Origin: Cladosporium halotolerans
Taxonomy: Eukaryota
Direction: 5' to 3'
DNA length: 64,000 bases
Assembly (NCBI RefSeq): GCF_011745625.1
Contig: NW_027191458.1
Location: 620,001 to 684,000 of the forward strand
Shown: positions 59,849 through 64,000 of the stretch, in pieces
How the letters are laid out: every line of letters begins with the position of its first letter
Position numbering within the stretch: position 1 is the first letter of the stretch
Translations under genes and position numbers: made by a program
The notes under the pieces: generated by a model
What the model was told of the DNA's origin: nothing
The model's database searches: none
The model's input: the letters and a program-made list of their open reading frames with translations, nothing else

Positions 59849-60568
59849 ATGCCCCACCACGACAAACACCCCAAACCAACGCCGTGCCTAAAGCGCCACG
59901 AAGCCGACACAGCCTCCTTGATCGCCTCGGCCTCAGAACTCCAACTCGCGGCTCTGCTGCAGCAGGTGTGCGCTGAGAGCAGGATGGCGAGGAAAGTTGT
60001 TGAGAGAGTACTTAGGCCCGGGACGACCTTGAAGCCGAGCTTGAAGCAGGGGAACGCGAAGAGGCGGGGAGAGGAGGCGTTTGGCGAGGCAGAGGGGAAG
60101 TGGGAGGATGGGGATGCAGGAGACGGGCACGGGGCTGGGGAAGAGGAAGAGCGAGAGGACTTCCTCTCGGCGCCGAAGAGCAAGTTGAAACCAAGGGCTG
60201 TGTGCCGGAACTGCGGGACGAGATACCTGCTTTCCGGCGCCGAAGGTGGCGATGGCGGCGGGGACGTTTGCGTCTATCATCCCGGTGAGTCCTCGCATCC
60301 GGTCCAGCGTTGCCAACCGCACACCTCTCGAGCTGATCAAATCGATCTTCCAGGCACGCGCGACGTCAACCCCGCGCACCCCGTGTGGGAGAACTTCGAC
60401 CCGAAAGTGTCGGGCGACGCGTGGACGCTGATGGAGTACGAGGAGTTTGCTGAGGGGTTCCAGTGGTCGTGCTGCGAGGGGGAGTTTGGGGAGGGGTGTA
60501 CGGTTGGGAGGGGGCATGAGGCGGCGCCGGTTGGGGGGTGGAGGAGGGGGAAGAAGAGGAGGGGATGA
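59849..60568 (+). CDS. Hypothetical protein with putative Zn-binding Cys/His domain; probable in-frame intron 60285-60353
   Basis: CRNC..CVYHPG|..WSCC..GC..GH pattern; intron GTGAGT..GCTGAT..CAG. Confidence 0.7.
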   Translation: MPHHDKHPKPTPCLKRHEADTASLIASASELQLAALLQQVCAESRMARKVVERVLRPGTTLKPSLKQGNAKRRGEEAFGEAEGKWEDGDAGDGHGAGEEEEREDFLSAPKSKLKPRAVCRNCGTRYLLSGAEGGDGGGDVCVYHPGESSHPVQRCQPHTSRADQIDLPGTRDVNPAHPVWENFDPKVSGDAWTLMEYEEFAEGFQWSCCEGEFGEGCTVGRGHEAAPVGGWRRGKKRRG

Positions 60569-61213
60569 GGGTAATGAGGGGTCGGGGATTGGGAGGGCAT
60601 GGTTTAATGTAAGCGTTGTGGGTTTGCTGACTGTTGGTATAATCTTAGATGATGGGTATCGTATGCGAGGCGCAAAGGAGGCGAGAGCTGGATGCTGGAG
60701 GATAGCGCTGGGATAAATCTGATATTGAGAAGCAAAGGTTTGGTATGCATATATTGTATATTAGCGGGCGCGATGAAGATATTACGTCAGTTGTAATGGC
60801 AAATGTTGGCAACATGATGATACGCAAAGGCGCAGCAAGATAGCTGTAAAACGAAGTGCAACATTGAACAGGCATCCAATCGTCAATGCACAGTTTCGAG
60901 GCGGTCAGAACCATTCCGCTTCCAGAATCGAGTGTAGGATCGAGTAATCAGAAAACGGTCGTGCAATCGGATATCCAGCAAGTCAATCGGAAGCTTGGGC
61001 GGAAATGAAGAGGGCTGTCATTTCGGAGTTCAGATATTCATTTGATCATCCTGCCAAACCCCAAGGTTCGGCAGCGAGTCTCCGTAACGCCAAACAATAG
61101 CTGCTTGCCGCTATGCATGCAACCGTCCCTGAAGAACATCGCAACGAAGCTCCTTTTCCACATTCCTCCTCGCCCTGCTTCACTCCCGGTATCGCACACA
61201 CGCCTCGGCGCGT

Positions 61214-61642
61214 TTACCTCAGCCTCCTGGCCTCACGCTCAGACTCGAGCAGGCACAGAATGTCGTCCTCGCGAACTGTGTTTCCAGCGTTAGCCTCCCA
61301 ACTGTCCAGGTTCTTCGGATTCCGGCTGTCGCATCGTACCTGGGCCCTTGACGTTGCGGATGATGGAGCGGGTGGTGTCGTCCATGAACTCGACGCGGAC
61401 CTGGGTCACGCCACCGCGGGAGCCTGGAAATCTCGCCGTTAACATCCTCCTCCATCGCGTGTGCATTTTCTCTTTCAGAATCGTGGAATCGTACCGGTGC
61501 GGCCGAGGACGCGGGTGACCTTGACGAGCTTGACGGGAACCCTTTCGCGCACACGTTAGCCTCTGTGTCCCTCCCCATGCTCCTTCCAGGCGCCGGAGCA
61601 GCATTCCGGCGCAGCAGCGCAAACTCACTTGGCAGAGTCCAT
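61214..61642 (-). CDS. RPS28: 40S ribosomal protein S28 (68 aa); exons 61642-61629, 61541-61495, 61423-61340, 61275-61214
   Basis: Spliced product [68 protein letters not shown]. Confidence 0.95.
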
Positions 61643-62300
61643 CTTTGCGAGAGTGGAATTATGTGACGGGGAGGTGTCGGGTGGTCGTTTGTTCGAGGGT
61701 CGGCGTCGAGAGTGCGTGCGATCGGGCTCGTCGGTGGAGTCGGGTGGCCGTGAACTTTTGGCGAGAAATGCCAAGAGCCAGAATTTCGCAGAAGTGGCAG
61801 TCGCGGCCTGAGGCGTGGTGGAAGCCGGTCACGTGCGGGCGGGCGGATCGGCGTGGGCACTAGAGGCTCTTCAAATCGCGGGGGTTGTGACTCGCAGATG
61901 GTGGGCTGGTGGGCTGTCGAGCGGCGCATTGGGATGACTGGTGAGCTGAGTGAGCTTCTTCACACTGGAAAATTACAGGTGCGGCATACACAGAGCGCCA
62001 ATCGCCTGTCCCCGTGTCGCAACGTTCTCTATACCATTATCCTGTCAATCTCGTCGGTACAATTTACACACTACCTACTCTGCCCTCTCGCCCACCCGCG
62101 CCCATCCACGCCCGCACGTGGAGTCTCTGCTGCGGATCTTTTTCCTGTGACGCTTGCCAGCCCGAACTCGCAGCGGCGCAAATCACTGCCACCTCTGCTG
62201 CCGCCCTCTAGCCTGGCCATAGGCAACATACTAGCCACTAGTACCCACCGCCGTCTGAGTCAAGCGGCCCTACAACACATACCGTCCGTCCTTCGCAGCC

Positions 62301-63444
62301 ATGGACCTCGTCAACTCGTACGTCTCTCGCAACACCACCCTCCTCCGCTCCGCCTCCCACCGCCGCCCCTCCCGCCATGGCTGAAAGACCCGGCCCCGAG
62401 AATGGCGCAATGCCTCGCCGCTTCAGCCGCGCCCTGCCCACCCTCACTAACCTCGTCGGCAGCCTGAACGACCGCCTGCTCTTCGCCGTCCCTAAGAAGG
62501 GCCGCTTAAATCAGGCCTGCATCGAGCTACTCGCCGGCTCCGACATCCAGTTCCACCGTCACAACCGCCTCGACATCGCCTTGGTCAAGAACCTGCCGCT
62601 CGCCCTCGTCTTCCTGCCCGCCTCCGACATCCCCACCTTCGTCGGCGAGGGCAGGGTCGACCTCGGAATCACCGGCCGCGATGTCGTCGCGGAGCACGAG
62701 GCCGTCACGCCTGCCACCGAGACGTCCGGAATCAAGGAGCTGATGGACCTGGAGTTCGGCCGCTGCAAGCTGCAGGTGCAGGTTCCAGAGAAGGGCAACA
62801 TCCACTCGGCGGAGGCGCTCGTGGGCAAGACGCTTGTGACCAGCTTCACCGGCCTGTCGGAGCAGTACTTCAGCGAGATGGAGAAGAAGGTCGCTGGCGC
62901 CAACGGCGAGAGCGGGGACAAGCTGAAGACAACGATCAAGTACGTCGGCGGCAGTGTCGAGGCTGCGTGCGCGCTCGGCGTCGCGGACGGCATTGTCGAT
63001 CTCGTCGGTATGTCAAATTGAACTTCTCCCGTCGCTCGCACACACCCACTAATAACTCAACCCCCAGAATCTGGCGAAACCATGCGCGCCGCCGGCCTCA
63101 AAGCCATCGCGACCGTCGTCGACTCCACCGCCGTCCTGATCTCCAGCAAGCACCCCTCAGACCCCAAGCTCGTCGAGCTGATCACGAACCGCATCAAGGG
63201 CGTGATCACGGCGCAGAAGTTCGTGCTGTGCACCTACAACGTCGAGCGCAAGAACCTCGCCAGCGCGTCGAAGATCACGCCCGGCAAGCGCGCGCCGACC
63301 GTCATGAGCTTGGACGACGAGGCCTGGGTCGCGGTGCAGGCGATGGTGGAGCGGAAGACGATCGCGAGCGTCATGGACGATCTGAGCGCGATGGGCGCGA
63401 CGGACATCATGGTCACCAAGATCGAGAACACGAGGACTTGCTAG
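62301..63444 (+). CDS. HIS1: ATP phosphoribosyltransferase; exons 62301-62317, 62463-63007, 63068-63444
   Basis: MDLVNS|LNDRLLFAVPKKGRL, DIPTFVGEGRVDLGITG, GSVEAACALGVADGIVDLV|ESGETM, ITPGKRAPT. Confidence 0.95.
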
Positions 63445-64000
63445 AGGGTTCCGAGAGGGGTTTTGAACAAAAAGAAGCACGGGAAATGGGGAGTTTCAGG
63501 ACGAGCATGTCACGGCATGGTGTCCGGCGCTACTATACTCACGAACGGAGATAGATTTTTGACGGCTGAATGATACAACATATTTGCATAGAGAAATGAT
63601 TCCCAGAGGCTGCAGACACGGATTTGTTGTCTCATGCTGAAGATCGTTGTTCTTCACAGCAGTGCCAGCCAGCCATGAACGCGCACCTCCCAGCATCCAA
63701 TCAGCTCTTGGACTTGCCTGCGTGTAAGTGAATTGTCACCTTGGTATTGATTGAATGATAAGATGTTGACTCGAGAAGGGAAGATATGCAGACAGCCGCT
63801 AGCGCGCGAATCTCACTGCCCAATGACCGCTTTCGCTATCCATGCGTTTCTCGCAACTCGTCGATGCTTTTCCAACGACACTCTTAGAACCTGGAGATGT
63901 CCCGTCCGAAGAGCCAGTTGACAAACCTGGACGTCCGTTAGCGCAGTTCAGCTCCGAAGTGCAATCAAACACAACTCACCAATAAACGGGAATTAGAATT

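Overview
Eukaryotic, intron-containing fungal DNA (filamentous ascomycete; gene content and GT..CTAAC/CTGAC..YAG introns suggest Pezizomycotina, probably a Dothideomycete, which is inference). About 27 protein-coding genes, mostly housekeeping: WW/PhoD-like protein, EMC2, AP-3 delta, CorA-like protein, IRC20/SHPRH-like helicase, GGTase-I beta, YIP3, ERJ5-like DnaJ, RAMP4, NatB subunit, nitronate monooxygenase, eIF2B-gamma, STK19-like, DGAT2, kinesin-7, HAM-8-like, RPS28 and HIS1. Highlights: (1) a three-gene mycosporine (UV sunscreen) cluster at 39.5-45.9 kb (ATP-grasp ligase, O-methyltransferase, DDG synthase) with no mysD/mysE in the window, a divergent promoter with repeated TGATCG motifs, and a neighbouring GT-B-type glycosyltransferase-like gene; (2) YIP3 followed by a ~485-codon frame with no suitable start codon, joined by an intron that begins right after the stop codon and reachable through a +1 shift, i.e. 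a likely programmed ribosomal frameshift; (3) a solitary Ty1/copia gag-like ORF beside a decayed copy of itself; (4) recurring C-rich to G-rich strand-skew switch domains. No rRNA, tRNA or CRISPR was seen. Exon boundaries were read by eye and family calls come from motif recognition, not database searches.
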